64,000 nt of DNA from Callorhinchus milii (GCF_018977255.1 NW_024704742.1:46378001-46442000); one strand, 5' to 3'. Positions 37,317 through 51,715 are shown, numbered from the stretch's first letter. The notes: generated from the letters alone by a model not told the origin. Numbers and translations are program-made.

Positions 37317-38597
37317 ATGAGTATAGATAAAGATTAAATATTTGTCTGTGTGTCTGTCTGTGTGTCAATCTACATTCCATATTGGATCCTTTAGTTACAG
37401 CAAGTAAGAAATAAACCAAGACCTTAGCTGGAGATCCCAAAAGGTTAATAAAGCCACAAGAAGAAGAATGCAGCATGTTTACTAATCACAGGAAATATTA
37501 AATGCTGAACCAAACAAGGAAGTGAACAGTCATTTAGAAAAAAACATCTATTGAGGTGTGTGAGAAACATAGTACTGAAGGATTGCTTTTAACTTTGGAA
37601 CTGACCAGATACAGACCATTCAGTCAGTTGCAGTTCTATATATTTTTCTGCTCCCACATATTCATTTATGGTCTATATCACAACTTCCTTTACACCGGCA
37701 ACTGTAAAGATCCCTTTCAAAAGGAGAAAGAATTTATTGTGATTTCCTACCCAAAAACTGCTTCAGATTAATTGATCAGTCACCTCATGACTGTTTGATA
37801 TTCCTTGCTGACATAAATAGCTGCCATGTTTGCCTACCGTAACAGTCACTGTATTTGCTGTACCACATGCTTTGAGATGTGTTGACTTAATAAAGCCCCA
37901 TAAACATTTTTATCTTATTCCTTTCTTATCCCTGATTTCCAGTGGGAAATCAACAACCACAACACGTTGCATCCATAACACATTTCATGGACCCAATCCA
38001 TTCAACCCAAAATAGAGTATCGACACATCCACACATCTTCTCTCTACAACATTTGTGGGTTGCTTTCTACAGATGATACCTTCTTCATGCCAACAGCAAC
38101 AGTAAACAGTATGTGCCATGAAGTATATGATTCCTTCCATTGTCTCTGCAACTTCAGCTCTCTTCCTAAAACACCTATTCATCCAGCTCTTTTTGAAGAA
38201 GTTAATCAACATGGCATTAATTGGTTTTGCTGCAAATCTGTTCAACATATCACTTAAGGCTTGTTAATTCTGTACTTGTGTCCTCCAGTTCTAGACAGGC
38301 AGTTCATGTTAAATAGATACTTACGACCAAATTATTTATGCTTCTTAGAATTTAAAGAATTGCACTTTTAACCCTCTCCATAATCTTACTTCCTCCATTT
38401 AAAATGTGTTTTACATCTGGAAGTTTTTCTTCACAACTTAAAGCCACACATTGTGGAATTGCTCTTCTCAGGGCTGAATCCCAAACCCCACAGGATATAG
38501 TTACATGCCATTTTGTATTCAATCAGTCGCATCAGCTTCTCAGCATCATTTATAGCAATGAAACATCAACATCTAGAAGCACTTTCACAAAAATGAT

Positions 38598-39030
38598 GTG
38601 TCAGTCTAGTATAGTCGTAGCACTCTCACCTCCAAGTCAGAAGGTTGTGGGTTCAAACCCCTCATCGCGACTTGCAATCACATAGTCTAAGCTGACACTC
38701 CACCACAGAGCTGGGGGATGTTGCGAGGTCGGAGGTGTTGCCCTTTGAATGAGACTGCCTGTTCAGGTGAATGTTAAAGATCCCATGGCACTATTTGAAA
38801 AGATAAGGGGATTTCTCCAATGTCCTGGCCAACAATTCCCCAAATAAAATTTTTCACTCACTTCATAACTGTTTGTGGGTTATTGCCATGTGCAACTGGC
38901 TGCTCCATTTCACCCCAAAATACAATCAATCTACTTTGATAATACAGTCAATCTACTGATTATCCGATGAACTTTGAGATGCCTTAATGACATAATAAGG
39001 CACTATATCAAATGCAAATACTATTATTAT
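38598..39030 (+). mobile_element. Deu-SINE, near full length
   Basis: gtcagaaggttgtgggttcaaacccc B box; ggtgaatgttaaagatcccatggcactatttgaa core; tail present. Confidence 0.82.
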
Positions 39031-39393
39031 GATTATGGCAATCACTGAAAACATTTGTCCCTGCCTAACATTTATGGCACATACAATAGAAATTTTAGCA
39101 CTGAAAGCCATTCAGCCCACTATACCTGTGGCATGCTAGCTTCCCATTGGATCAATCTGCATTAACCTCTGCTCTTTCCCGTATCCCTCTGGGGGAAGGG
39201 GGTAATTTTAATATGAACTGTACTGTCATCAATAACGGTTAACATTCCTCCAAAAGTAAAAAGTCACTACACTGAATCAATGAATCCTGTGATGCACTTT
39301 AAGATGTCCTCCTGACATGAAAAGCTCGATATCAAATGTAAGGATTTTTATTATTAATACTTTTATATAAATGTCATCCAAACATTTGATAAC

Positions 39394-39702
39394 TGGAGAC
39401 CTGTAGCTCAGTGGTTAGAGCACTCGCCACTCAAGCGAGGGACCTGGGTTTGATTACCGGCAGTGCGAAACCTTGGACAAGTTTTCTTATTCCATACACC
39501 GGATAATAATCCTTCAAGAAAAAATAATAAATTGGTTACTTCAATCCACGACTGTTTGTGGGACACTGCTGTGCGCAATTGGCTGCTGCATTCCGCCCAC
39601 AAATTTAAAGTCAATTCACTTTACAGCATATTCTGTGAAGCACTTTGAGACGTCTAGACATGAAAAGTGCTGTATCAAATGCAAGGTTTATTATTATTAT
39701 TA
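39394..39702 (+). mobile_element. Young tRNA-headed SINE, full length
   Basis: Matches 25316-25628. Confidence 0.92.
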
Positions 39703-42639
39703 TATGTCCTCTTGTTATATTGCACAGCAATGTTCTCCCTTTAATTTGTTTTTATGTAATCATCATCCTTTTTCCACAGCCTCTGCCCAGTTGGTCTCAA
39801 AGTGGTGCCGATAATGTTGATGCTATTAATCATGTTCTTCAACACCAAGTGTCTCCTTTGTTTGACAAAAGTACAACCTCTTCCACGATAGCACACAGGG
39901 TCTTAACTGAATATCCATTTTTCCAAATTTGCCGTTGAACCATTTGCACTTTAAATTCTGCTCCACGGCTGCATTCAGGGAATTTTCACATTTCACCAGC
40001 TCAGTTAGCTCATTAGCTGGTTTGTGAATGTCAACTCCTTGTGATTGAGGGTCTGTCATTTGTTGGTTGCTGTGTTTCCATTAAAACTAACGAAATGTTG
40101 CTTCTTGCAAACAGTAACGATAAAAGGAAAAATCTGTTTATGCCTGAAATTTGAAATAAAAAAGCAAAAATGATGGAAATCCATGGAATAAGTCAATCTG
40201 CATCTGAAAAGATAATTTATTAGTATCAATTATTAGAGTCCTCACAAGGAGAGCTATTTAAAATATGTTCTCTGTAAACACAAACATTTCATATAGATTC
40301 AGCTAAATTATGGAGCATTGTAATTCAACATGTAGACAATTGGATGTCAAATTGTTGTCAATTAAAGAATCATTTTATAAGATGTCCTTTCCAGTTTACA
40401 GACAGTATTGCCCTCCCAAAAAGGATGGCGTTACATTTTTTGATTTTAACTTCTGCAGGTCAGAGGTTTGGATCTAAAAGCATAGCATTGTGTTAAATAA
40501 CAATGTATTTATCTCCCTGCATCCCACCTCTGCATATGCTCAGCCTGATTGTTTGCAGCCCAGACTGGAGCGTAGAATTTTCATCTAGTTTTGGCCAATA
40601 GAGACAATTAGGAGAATTGGTCACCAAGGTTAGGCTGAGAAAATCAAGCACAAGGAAAATCTTATTACTCCTCCGGTCGATACGCTGTAGCAACAGAGTG
40701 AATTGAATGCACAATTCCAACCATTTTTAAAAATGAATCTTAGCAATCATCATTTTCAAACAAAATCTTTGCCATACTAAATAGCACAGACACTGCTGCA
40801 CACTTTTTGCCAAGTTGTTTTTCTCCTGTTTCTTAGATGTATTTACTTCAAGGGTATTTTTTTTTGATCGACAGGGCATAAGACACATACAGAAACCCAC
40901 CACCATGCTTAAGAGTATCCATTCAGTCCTAAAACAGCACAATTGTCACCTACAAAAGCACACAATCACTACACTTTACAGTATATCCTCCTGAAGCGCT
41001 TTGAGTCGCAGACCTGACATGAAAGGCGCTCTATCAAATACAAGGATTATTATTATCTTTGATATTTCTTGGTTAGTAAATTTTAGCCTGTAGAAGGGGC
41101 TGCTTTGCTTGTAGAATATTGAGGGTTAATCTGCCAAGAAGAGGCGATACTGTGCTCAAGGCATTAGGTCTGATTGACAGAAAACAATTCCTGAGCTGTG
41201 GACAGCATGGATTTTGTCCCTCTTTGGATAATTTTTACCGAACGAGTAGCCTAGACCTCAAATCCCAAGTCTTACAGGTTAAAAGTTAAATTGTGGCCAG
41301 GAGTGTGGCTAACTAATGGGTTGATAATCAATAAATTATAATAATCTTTACATTTGGTATAGCATCTTTCACATGGGATGATGTCTCACAGAGCTTCACA
41401 GGATTTTACTGCAATGTGTAGTGACAGTATATATCGTAGGCGAATTAATGCCAACAAAAGTTAAGAAGTACTGCAAGCTTTACTCCATATAAAGTTTCAC
41501 CACTGAAGCCAATTATTTGGCCCATTGTGGCAGTAATGTCTTTTCTTGTTTTAATAAATAGAGGAATGCCACTTTAGCTGTAGCATTAGCATTTAGCAAC
41601 TGACAAGCTCTACTGGGCTTTCCTTAATATTAATGTTGAAAAAGCTCAGCAAAATAGCATGGAAAACATGCACAGGAGAGATCCTCCTTAATAAACCACA
41701 GCATTGGAGAAATCAAGCCTATACTTATCCAGCATACTGTATCAAAAGGAAACAACAATAACAGCTTACATTTATAAAGCATCCTTCACGTGGGGGAACG
41801 TATTGGAGCAGTAACCAGTATTTCATATGAAGAACCATTCATGTGTGTAGTAGCTACAATACAGCATTGGTGTGTTATCATATTTAGAATACATTTGATA
41901 TGGGATTGTCAATTTGATTAAATTTTTTTCAATGTTATTCGTTTTCAACAGTTGATAATCCCATAAGTGAAGATCTTGGGCAGCTAGATCAAAGGTGCAG
42001 CTGTGCATGAGAACAACTCAATGAGAGAGGTTTGAAACCAATCAATGCAGGGATTTAATGACTGATTTTTTTTCTTGTGATATTGTGTTGGGACTACTAT
42101 TGAACATACTTTTATTGGATATTATATTATGTTTGGCTCCCTGCAAGTTTAGAGTCAGCAAATGTCTGCCTGTCTGTCTGGCGATACAAAGCAAAATATT
42201 GTGAATTACTAATCAAAGTGTTGTATTAGATTAATTAGCTCAGTTGTTTCTTTTACTTCTGGAACTAGGTCAAATGTGCTTGTAGAGAATGCACAGAATT
42301 GCGAGAGTATTATTGTTTAAGTAAAGGCCTTTTCTCGCATCAACTGGAGCTATTCTAAACTTTCTGTTAAGCCTCCTAAGGGCTTTTTTTCAGATGAGCA
42401 ATTGCTGCCCCATTTTAAATAGTTGAGTTTTGATATATCATTTTCTGACTGCCGTATGCACAGACACCAGGAATGGTTAACACAACTGTGGGTAATTTAT
42501 AAAACTTTGAGACAGGATATATCCGAAATTTCATCTGGTATTAGCCTACATCTGTCTTCAAATTTAATAAGACTCAGAATTGTAGAAAATTTGTCAATTC
42601 AATCTTAATCTGGAAGCTGAATTACCTCCTAACGCCATA

Positions 42640-42890
42640 TTGACTTGTCCGTTCCACCCGCTCAGCACGTTCCGTCCTGCTCCACGTCCCCTGCCCAGCC
42701 ATCGCCATCATCGGCAGTCTTCAGCTCTCTGCCCCACCCTTTAGAACTCCATCCCACAGTCTCTTCGCCTTGCCCCCTCCCTTGCCTCCTTCAAGGCATA
42801 TCTCAAGGCTCTCCTCTTCATCTGTGCCTTCAGTCACTCTCTTACCCTCCCTGCCCTCCACCCCTCCTGATTCCAACTTCCTGTTCGGGT
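42640..42890 (+). mobile_element. L2 3' fragment
   Basis: tcctgctccacgtcccc...ttcagctctctgccccacccttagaactccatccc. Confidence 0.75.
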
Positions 42891-42899
42891 CCAAATCCC

Positions 42900-43440
42900 T
42901 GACTATCCAGTGACTTGGGAAGTCGTTGAATTGGCTCCAAGGTGATATATTTGACAACGGAATGTCAGAAGTTGACTTTCTGTGGCAGTCAGAGAGTATA
43001 ATTCCTGAGTCAGGCAGCTCCACAGTACTCAAGGGACTTGCTGATGACAGACCAGTCAGCTTGGCTCATTGGCTGGACTTGGAGTTGCAGTCCAGTCACT
43101 GGGTGTAGGGATTCTTCTGACTCTATAAATGTTAATGCTGCAAACCAGATCCCTAATGGGCAGAGTGGTTCTGGTTAGAGCAACACCAGGAAGCTTCCAG
43201 ACTGCACTCTCATCAGAAACCTATTCAGTTTTAGATTGTTAAACTCCAGGGAAACAAAATACCAACACATGCTCCAGGGACCCCAAGAATTGACTCTTGG
43301 CAGTCAGGTAAGCAGGTTGTGTCCCTCCAGGGTGAGAGTGCATATGTGATTCATTCCATACACAGGGAAATTTTCATTTGTGAAACACTAAGTTTGGATG
43401 CTCTCAAGCAGAGCTATGGGTCAGACACCTGGCTGACTCC
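42900..43440 (+). repeat. Unclassified dispersed repeat, copy 4 of 4
   Basis: Shares ordered blocks with 31335-31800 and 21950-22460. Confidence 0.75.
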
Positions 43441-45156
43441 CAAATAAAGAACTGCAAGAAACCAGATCTAAATTAAGACTGAATTTAAGGATATCCCACA
43501 GTTCTAAATTTTAACAGAAAATGGTCATTCAGGAATCATAAGTAACTCGTCCTCACTCTTAATATTTCAGTCTGGAGTAAAACCCAGAAAGAAGCGTTTA
43601 CTAATCCTCCAGTGATATAATTGCAATTTATTTTACAAATATGCCCTTGTAGTAGCTGATGTCTCATCTGACAGGACTCCAGTTATATCAAATCACCAGC
43701 TGCATGCTTTTTTCTCTTATTAAAAATGCTTCTTCTGTACAGTAATTAAAATAATAATCATTGCATTTGATATTGTGCCTTTGAATGTGATTCAAATATT
43801 TACTAGAACGTATGACTGTGTATTTTGTAGAGAAACAAAATACCTGGGCTGGCCATCATTCCAGTCACATTACTTTTAACAAGCACAGATATAGTAAACT
43901 ACAATGTTCCTAGAAAGCCTTTGAATCCTAACTACAAAACAATAGGATTTTTTTAAATAAAAAATGATGTTTAGCTCCCTGCATGTTTTAAATGTATTGG
44001 ACAGAATTAATAATAATAATAATCCTTGCATTTGGTATAGCAATTTTCACGTCTTCTAAAAGTCCCACAGAATATACTGTAATTGAACAGCATCATCAGT
44101 ATTCTGAAAGTACTTGTTGTTATTGTGAGTGCCGATAGACTGATTTGGTTATGGACTTAGTGTGTAGGGATTCCTGAACTGGAAGTGGTACCAAAGCTTC
44201 CCTGAGATAACTCCAAAATGTACATGCACTATCTCCAATCAATGAATTAAAGCAGATTTATGGTGTGTTCTTGGTGATTGTATGACACCAAATATTGGAT
44301 TACAATGAAGTCTCCAGGATTGTTGGAGATGCTGTAGGTACATAGTATTCTGGGAACCTGCCATTCATGAAGACTTCCACAGCACTATTTTGTTCTGGGG
44401 GAAAAAATATGTATAATACAAAGAGTTTCAGCAAAGACAAGAATGACACTGAATGACACTGAAGCAGGCATGTTAAAATACTTGCTGTCAGTACTTGGGT
44501 TTTGTACTCCTGCAGCTACATCTTTGAGGAAAAACTAGGGTTTTCTAATGACATCGTCACCAGCGTGTGGCAACTGGACGTATGCAGCAAGCTACCACAC
44601 CAAGGCCTGTTTCTGCCTTGCCCTCAGGTAAGGAAATGTCAAGGTCTAGGGGATTGCACGATTCTTTATGTCCAACAGCACCAGCTACTGAATCAAAATG
44701 AGTCTGGAGATTTCTTGTAAATGTTGTATTGCCTCCAGCTTCCATGAAGTGAAATCTACCACAGAGAGTATTAGCAGATCTGTGCATAAACTCTGACAAG
44801 GTTACCTCAACTGAAAAGTATACATCTGTCTTGGAGGGGACACGAGTTCTGACTGCAACATTTTAGGAGGAAAAGCATGATGTGATTTTCATTTTTCATC
44901 AGTGAAAATCATTTCCACTGTTGGTAAATGCATTGAAAAGGCCAGTTGATAAAAAGAGTGGTCATAGGTATGATTTCCCCTGATTCTGCCACAATTGTTG
45001 GACCTGAAGCCATCCACAGAAAAATTAGAGTTAAGCTGGTATCTGTTTAAATGGCACTCAATCTCTACTATTAATTAGCCTGACATCATGGCCAATGGCT
45101 TTGGAAAAGCAGAGTCACTTCTGTGATCGGCCTTGCTATTGAACGGCCAAATTCAC

Positions 45157-47007
45157 TCTTGGTGACATCATCCGCAGACATGGGGTCAACTTCCACATGT
45201 ATGCAAATGACACCAAACTCTATCTCTCTGCCTCCACCCTTGACTCCAGGACCACTGCTGTCCTGACAGAGTGTCTGTCAGACATTATCCTGGATGAGAG
45301 CTAACTTTCTCCAATTGAACGTTAACAAGACCGAGGCTCTCCTGATTGGATCCAGTTAACGCTTCCTCACCTTAGGCACTGGCAGCATCACCATTCATTG
45401 ATGCACACTCCACTTCAATAAGTCAATCTGGAACCTTGGCATCTTGTTTGAGCCTCAACTCTAATTTCTACTTCACATCCATGCCATGACCCGCTCTGTC
45501 TTCCCCCACCTCCGCAACATTGCCCGGCTCTGCCACTGCTTCTCCCCTCAGGCCGCTGACATCCTCATCCACGCATTTATCACATCTAGGCTCAACTACA
45601 TGACTCCCTGCTTGTTGGCCTCATGAACTCTTCCCTCTACAAGCTGCAGATCATCCAGAACTCTGCAGCTCGTGTCGTTTCCCGCACAAGCCTCTGTGAC
45701 CCTGTCACCCCCACCCTAGCCTGGCTCTACTGGCTCCCCATCCACCAGAGGATAGAGTTCAAAATCCTCGCCCTTGCGGTCCTCCATGGCCTTGCTCCTT
45801 TCAACAACAACAACAACAACAAGATTCCATTTATAGAGCGCCTTTCACGTCAGGAGGACGTCCCAAGGCGCTGCACAGTTGGGTCATGACCCGAGCAGGG
45901 GGGAAATGGTCAGGGTGAGGGGAGGGAAGGGAGGGAGAGAGGAGGGGGGAAATGGTCAGGGTGAGGGGAGGGAAGGGAGGGAGCGAGGAGGAGGAAGAGA
46001 GTCGAGAGGGGAGCTGAAGGCACGGTCAAAGAGAAAGGTTTTGAGACCGGCCTTGAAGGAGGAAAGGGAGGAAGCAAGGCGAAGGCACTGGGGATGGAGT
46101 TCCAGAGCCTCGGGGCTGAGAGGCTGAAGGCCCGACCACCGATAGTAGGGCGGTTGGGGCGGGGGACGTGGAGTAGACCGGAGCCAGAGGAACGGAGGGT
46201 ACGGGCAGGTAGGTAGGGGGATAGTAGGTTGGAGAGGTAGGAGGGAGCAAGGCCGTGAATGGCCTTGTAGGTGAGGATGAGGATCTTGAAATCAATCCTC
46301 TGGGGGATGGGGAGCCAGTGGAGGCAAGCGAGGGTGGGAGTGATGTGGTCGCGAAGCCTGGTGCGGGACAGTACACGAGCTGCAGAGTTCTGAATGACCT
46401 GTAGCTTGTGGAGGGAGGTGCCGGGAAGGCCGGCGAGGAGAGAGTTCCCATAGTCCAGCCTTGAGGTGACAAAGGCGTGAACCAGGGTTTCAGCAGCGTG
46501 GGGGGTGAGGTAGTGCCGTAATCTGGCGATATTCCGGAGGTGATGGAAGGCGGTGCCAGTTGTGGTGCGGATGTGAGGGAGAAAGGACAGCTCAGGGTCG
46601 AACAAAACGCCGAGGTTCCTGACTGGCTTTGAGAGGTGGAGAGTGCAGCCTTGGATGCTGACGGTGTCTGTTGGTGTCTATCTCTGTGACCTGCTAACCC
46701 CATATCAACCTGTCCATTCCCTCCGCTCAGCAGGCTCCGGCCTGCTCCATGTCCCTGCTCAGCATGCTCTACCATCGGTGCTCGTGCCTTTAGCCTCTCT
46801 GTCCCCACGCATTGGAAATCTATCCCATAGTCCTTTTGCCTGGCTCCCTCCCTTGTCTTTTTCAAGACGTGTCTCAAGCACATCCCTTCCTGCCGTCTAC
46901 CCCATTGATCCCAACCCCCAGCTCAACTCCAAACTCTGAACTGTCCAGCACCTTGGGACCTCCTCCCGATGTGAAAGGTACTATGCAAATGTAATTTGTT
47001 GTTGTTG
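45157..47007 (+). mobile_element. Older L2 (45157-45801 and 46678-47007) interrupted by a younger L2
   Basis: FHMYANDT, LQIIQNSAARVVSRT..VTPTLAWLYWLPIHQRIEFKIL..LHGLAP; resumes as YLCDLLTPYQPVHSLRSAGSGLLHVP; (GTT)n tail. Confidence 0.9.
45802..46675 (-). mobile_element. Young 5'-truncated L2 LINE
   Basis: 231-aa ORF with FDPELSF..HLRNIARLR..FVTSRLDYGNSLL..HITPTLACLHWLP. CpGs are retained and the stem-loop and (GTT)6 tail are intact. Confidence 0.95.
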
Positions 47008-49729
47008 ATAGGCAAGACTGTTACCAACTGAGCCAGGCTGGCACCATAAGTACAATGTAATGATTATCATCAGTGAAAAACCATGTCATAGTTTTACCCC
47101 CATAGATGTTACTGGGTTAAAATGTCTCGCCCACATAATTCTGCTCAGTCATTGCTCTACTTACTTGTTGCAGGCAGACCAGTTCTTCTTATAGCCTTTA
47201 GTGACCTACCACTATTAGATTTCTCCAACAGTTCTGTGTAAATCACAGAGCAAATTCTTTGAGTATAACATGTTGTTTGCTAGACAGGTATAATCAATCT
47301 ATAGTTATTTATCTTTAAACATTGAGATGGTCAGGGCACTGGATGATAGGCGAATTAGCACAATGTTCGCTCACCTTTAGCAGGTTTTTTCACCCATATA
47401 GTTTGATTCTTCTCTCTGTTAGTATGTTAGTGTCTACACAACAATAATTTGAATAGTCTCAAACCTGTTCAGAAAGGCCATGTACCAAAGCACAAAATTC
47501 ACCAGAATTAGGCATATTAATATCTTACATATGAGGCCAGAAGGATTGCTGAGGTAGGAATTGTAAACCTTTACACCCAATAAAATTCCATCTAGTTTAG
47601 CATGATTCCCTTCCAAATGCAGTCACTACACTTTACAGTAAAGCTCTTATGTCTTAGCCTGATGTGGAAGCAAATGCGAGAATTATTGTGAGACACAATG
47701 TTCAATACTAGGCATCCATATATTTTCATTTATTTCATCAATGTAAGAAAACCTCCTGCAGTCTCCCGACGGTGTATCATTTATATATTGAAATAGATTA
47801 AAACAGAGACCTCACAATTAGTGGCAGTAGCACAAAGATTGATATTGACATTGATAATAAGAACACTACTACTTGCATTTGATGCATTTGATTACATATT
47901 AGAAGGATGTTTAAAAATTTCACAAGATGTATTGTGGATAGATTTATTTTTACTTATAGGGTGAGTATCTCCAAGTAATATTTAAAGCTCGTTCATTTCT
48001 AAGTCTTCATTGTTCTAGTTTTTTCACAAAGTGATATGTTGAAATGACCAGTCATACCGGCAGAATAAGGAATAATAATCATTGATTATTTACCGATAAA
48101 ATACCAGTTGCAGAATTGTTGCCCCCTTAGAGCATAATCTGCAAAACACAATGAAATTATCATTGAGCTGTAGTATTCTTCGCTCTAAATCAGTTTCATC
48201 TGTACTTCACAGTAAAGCTGCCGGGAATAAATAAACTGAGGCTTCTTTCTGATAAATGAACCGACAAGCGCGTCATCTCTCTGGGATGCAGGCATTCCGT
48301 CACACTTCAATGCAGTTTTGAAGAATATTGCTTCAATAAATGGAGTATAATGAGAGGCCGCACTATCTGGGCTGTCGTAGGCACCAGGGACAAACATCAG
48401 CACAATCCAAATAGCAAGTACATGATGCAAGCATTCGGAAATCAATTTCAGTGAGTTTCCTGCATTATGATGTATGAAATTCAAAATATTTGTCCAGAGT
48501 ATCATTAGTCAGTGTCTGTCAGTGACTGACAACAACATGGGTTTTCCGCATACTGTTACAAGGGTGTGCAAATCACAATAGCTATAGGAATACTCCAACA
48601 TAGTGGTGTCAGTGAATTATCTGCAGTGCTTTAGCACCTCCTAGAGTGATACAGTTTAACACTGATTATTCTTAGCTATAAAATATGTTTTTTGAATCCA
48701 TGGAATTGTATTAAACATATATTTGCATATCTGCATGAAATATGGGTGTTTCATAATTAAATAAAATATACAGTTATATAGTGCCTTTCACGTGGGAAGA
48801 ATGTCTCAAAGTGCTTGATTTGATAAATATCACATCGAATAGGCTTTGAAAAGCTACTAATTTCAACCCATTATTCTATAGTTTCAGTTGTTTTGATACA
48901 TGCTATCTATAAATATTTATCATTTAACAAACAAATACAGCAGCTCTTCAAACTGGTGAACCCTGGTAGAGGAATCATGTCAGAAACTGACATGTTAAAG
49001 ACTCCAGCGTAAATGTTCAGTTCACAACCTAGTGTTTCTTCATTATCTAAATTATACTGAAAATGAATGGAGCATTTGTGAATCATAGGCTTCAGTCATG
49101 CTACGTCCTGTTGCTAAAATCCTAAGCTTTCTATTTGAGCACACATGTTTTTTCAAATGCCTGCTGCAATTATTTGCTGGAGGGAAAACATGGAATAAAT
49201 GCCCAGTAGGTGTTGGCAATGTGGATCTTGTTCTTCATTTGTAAAGGACATGAACTGAATTTTGATTCAGCAGAAGGGACTGCTATAACGACAGATAACA
49301 CAAAACTCCCTTATAGGGTCTTTTTCATTGAAAATGAGCTAGCTGCACTGCAAAGACTACTTTCCTAAATTTCTACTTTCCTAGATATAATTCCCACAAA
49401 ATACACAGTCACTGCACTTCACCGTATATCTGTGAAGCACTATGGGAAGGACTCCTGACGCGAAAGGCACCATACCAAATTTAAGAATTATTATTTATTT
49501 ACTATAATTGGAGCTAAAATGTGATATTTCTCTCAGAATTCCTTAATAAGCATTTGGTCAATAAATGGCGTCAAAGTGGAGAATTTGTGATTCGGTTTGT
49601 TATATTTGACGTTTAGCCTGGAGGCTTCAGGCTTAGTCCTTTCTATTGCTGTAAGTTAAAGAGCAAGTATTTTGCTGTCCTTAAGCAAATAAAGCCCCGA
49701 AAAGCAAAATTAAAATATAAAAATAAAGC

Positions 49730-49850
49730 AATAATATAATAATAATCCTTGCATTTGATATTGCACCTTATCATGTCTTGAAGACGTATCAAAGCGCTTC
49801 ACAGAATATACTGTAAGGTCAGTTGACTGTATATTTTGTGGGCGAATGTG
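49730..49850 (-). mobile_element. Young SINE family 3' fragment
   Basis: (TAA)n ccttgcatttgata...aagcgcttcacagaatatactg. Confidence 0.85.
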
Positions 49851-50633
49851 GAGCTCAATGTTGGCCAAAACATTCACTTTTAGCAATTGACCTGAAGGCT
49901 TTGGGCCTAATCCACTTATTCTCACATTTGATGCCCAGAATAGACACCATACCATCTCCCCATGATAGCATTGAGCTGTTTCAAACAACTTCAATGTTTT
50001 GGACCTTACACCTTTCCTGGTAGCCTATTTTAGCTGTTAATTAACTGCTACGTTTACCCTGTTCTAAAATTGCCTTCACCTTGTATACCTAGTTATATGT
50101 ACTTACAACAGCTAGTATGTACTTAAGCTCCTCTTTAATAAATGAAGATAGCCTATCCACCAACACACAAGAATTGGTTCCCAGGTGATTTCTCAGTTGT
50201 TTGGCCAATGCCAGCATTCAAAAATAATACAAATTTGGCAAAAATCATTTTGTGAAACTGCAATATAAATTACTACTTGCCTTTTTTTTAGAACAAGTTT
50301 CACTTGTATAGAACCATTCACAAACAATGAACATCTCAAAGCACTTGACAGATATAATAGAGAGCAATGAGCAAAGAAATGAAGATTTAAGGATGTTGAT
50401 AAATGGGAAGGTGGAGGAGGTATGTTTTTAAGCAGGCAATTGGGGAATCATAGTGAAAAGAAATGTTCCAGAAGGCAGAGGTAGGTTGACTTGAAGCTTG
50501 GCCACATTGATGATAATAATGATAATAATAATCTTTGCATTTTTTTGATGTTCAGATAGGAGTGAACAACAGAGCAGAAGGTATCAACAGATAAGGACTA
50601 TGATTTGCAGAGCTGGGTGAGGATCAAGTAAAT

Positions 50634-50913
50634 GTGAAGTCCTGTAGCTCAGTGGTCAGAGCACTAGATTCTCAGCAGGGTGAAACCTTGGGCAAGTTTC
50701 TTTACTCTGCACACCTGATGATAATCCCTCAAGAAAAAAAAGCAATAACAATTTGGTCACTCAATCCACGATTGTTTGTGGGATACTGCTGTGCGCAAAT
50801 AGCTGCCGCATTTTGCCCACAAATATACATTATTTACAGTATATTCTGTGAAGGGCTTGGAGACATCTAGAAGACGTGAAAAGCACTATACCAAATGCAA
50901 GGATTATTATTAT
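50634..50913 (+). mobile_element. Young tRNA-headed SINE with a deletion in the head
   Basis: gtcctgtagctcagtgg...aaccttgggcaagtttc...tail. Confidence 0.9.
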
Positions 50914-50949
50914 GATGGTGGTTGGGAGCCCAGGTACTTTCCAAGCATT

Positions 50950-51385
50950 TACAATGTCAAAATGTCTCAAATATCTCAAAGGGCTTCACAACAATTACAG
51001 TCATATACATTGTTGGATTTTGTAGGCAAATGTGACACCTATTTTGTGCACAGCAATGTCCCACAAACAGGCATGACATAAATAACCAATATTGAGAATT
51101 TTTAACACGAAGAGAAACTCCCTTCTCTTTCAAGTACCATGAGATTTTTAACATCCACTTGAAGGATAACAACTTGCATTTATTCAGCACTCTTCACGCA
51201 GGACAGGCAGCCAGGACCTCGGTTTAATGTCTCTTCTAAAAATCAGCAGCTGTGGGAGTACATTCAGCACTTCCCTATTGCTACACTGAAGTGTCATTTC
51301 GAGCTCAAGTTTCAGTGTAAGGCTAGAACCCATATCCTTACTGACCTAGAGATGAGAGAGACATCAACTAAGCCAAATTGACACC
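50950..51385 (-). mobile_element. Deu-SINE with a small inserted tail fragment (~51167-51205)
   Basis: catgagatttttaacatccacttgaa and gacctcggtttaatgtctc are reverse Deu core; head lies at 51320-51385. Confidence 0.75.
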
Positions 51386-51429
51386 TTGATTCCTTGCAAG
51401 GCTGCTAAGTTTTAGAATGAATTGGAGCT

Positions 51430-51715
51430 TATAATAATTCTTGCATTTGATATAGCACTTTTCATGTCTTCTAGATATCTCAAAGCGCTTCACAGAATAT
51501 ACTGCAAAATGAATTGACTGTATATTTGTGAGCGAAATGCGGCAGCCAATTTCGGACAGCAGTGTCCCAGAAACAGTCGTGGATTGAGTGACCAAATTAT
51601 TGTTGTTTTTTTTCTTGAGGGATTATTATCAGGCGTGTGGAGTAAGGAAAGTTGCCCATGGTTTCACCCTGCTGGGAATCGAACCCAAGTCTCTCGCTTG
51701 CAAGGCAAGTGCTCT
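51430..51715 (-). mobile_element. Young tRNA-headed SINE lacking the first ~25 nt
   Basis: Reverse-complement match to 25340-25628. Confidence 0.9.

Noticed and set aside
47165..47271. Minus-strand first coding exon ending at GTAAGTA
   Set aside because: The ATG frame (MLYSKNLLCDLHRTVGEI) stops before the donor, and no good acceptor supports the other frame.
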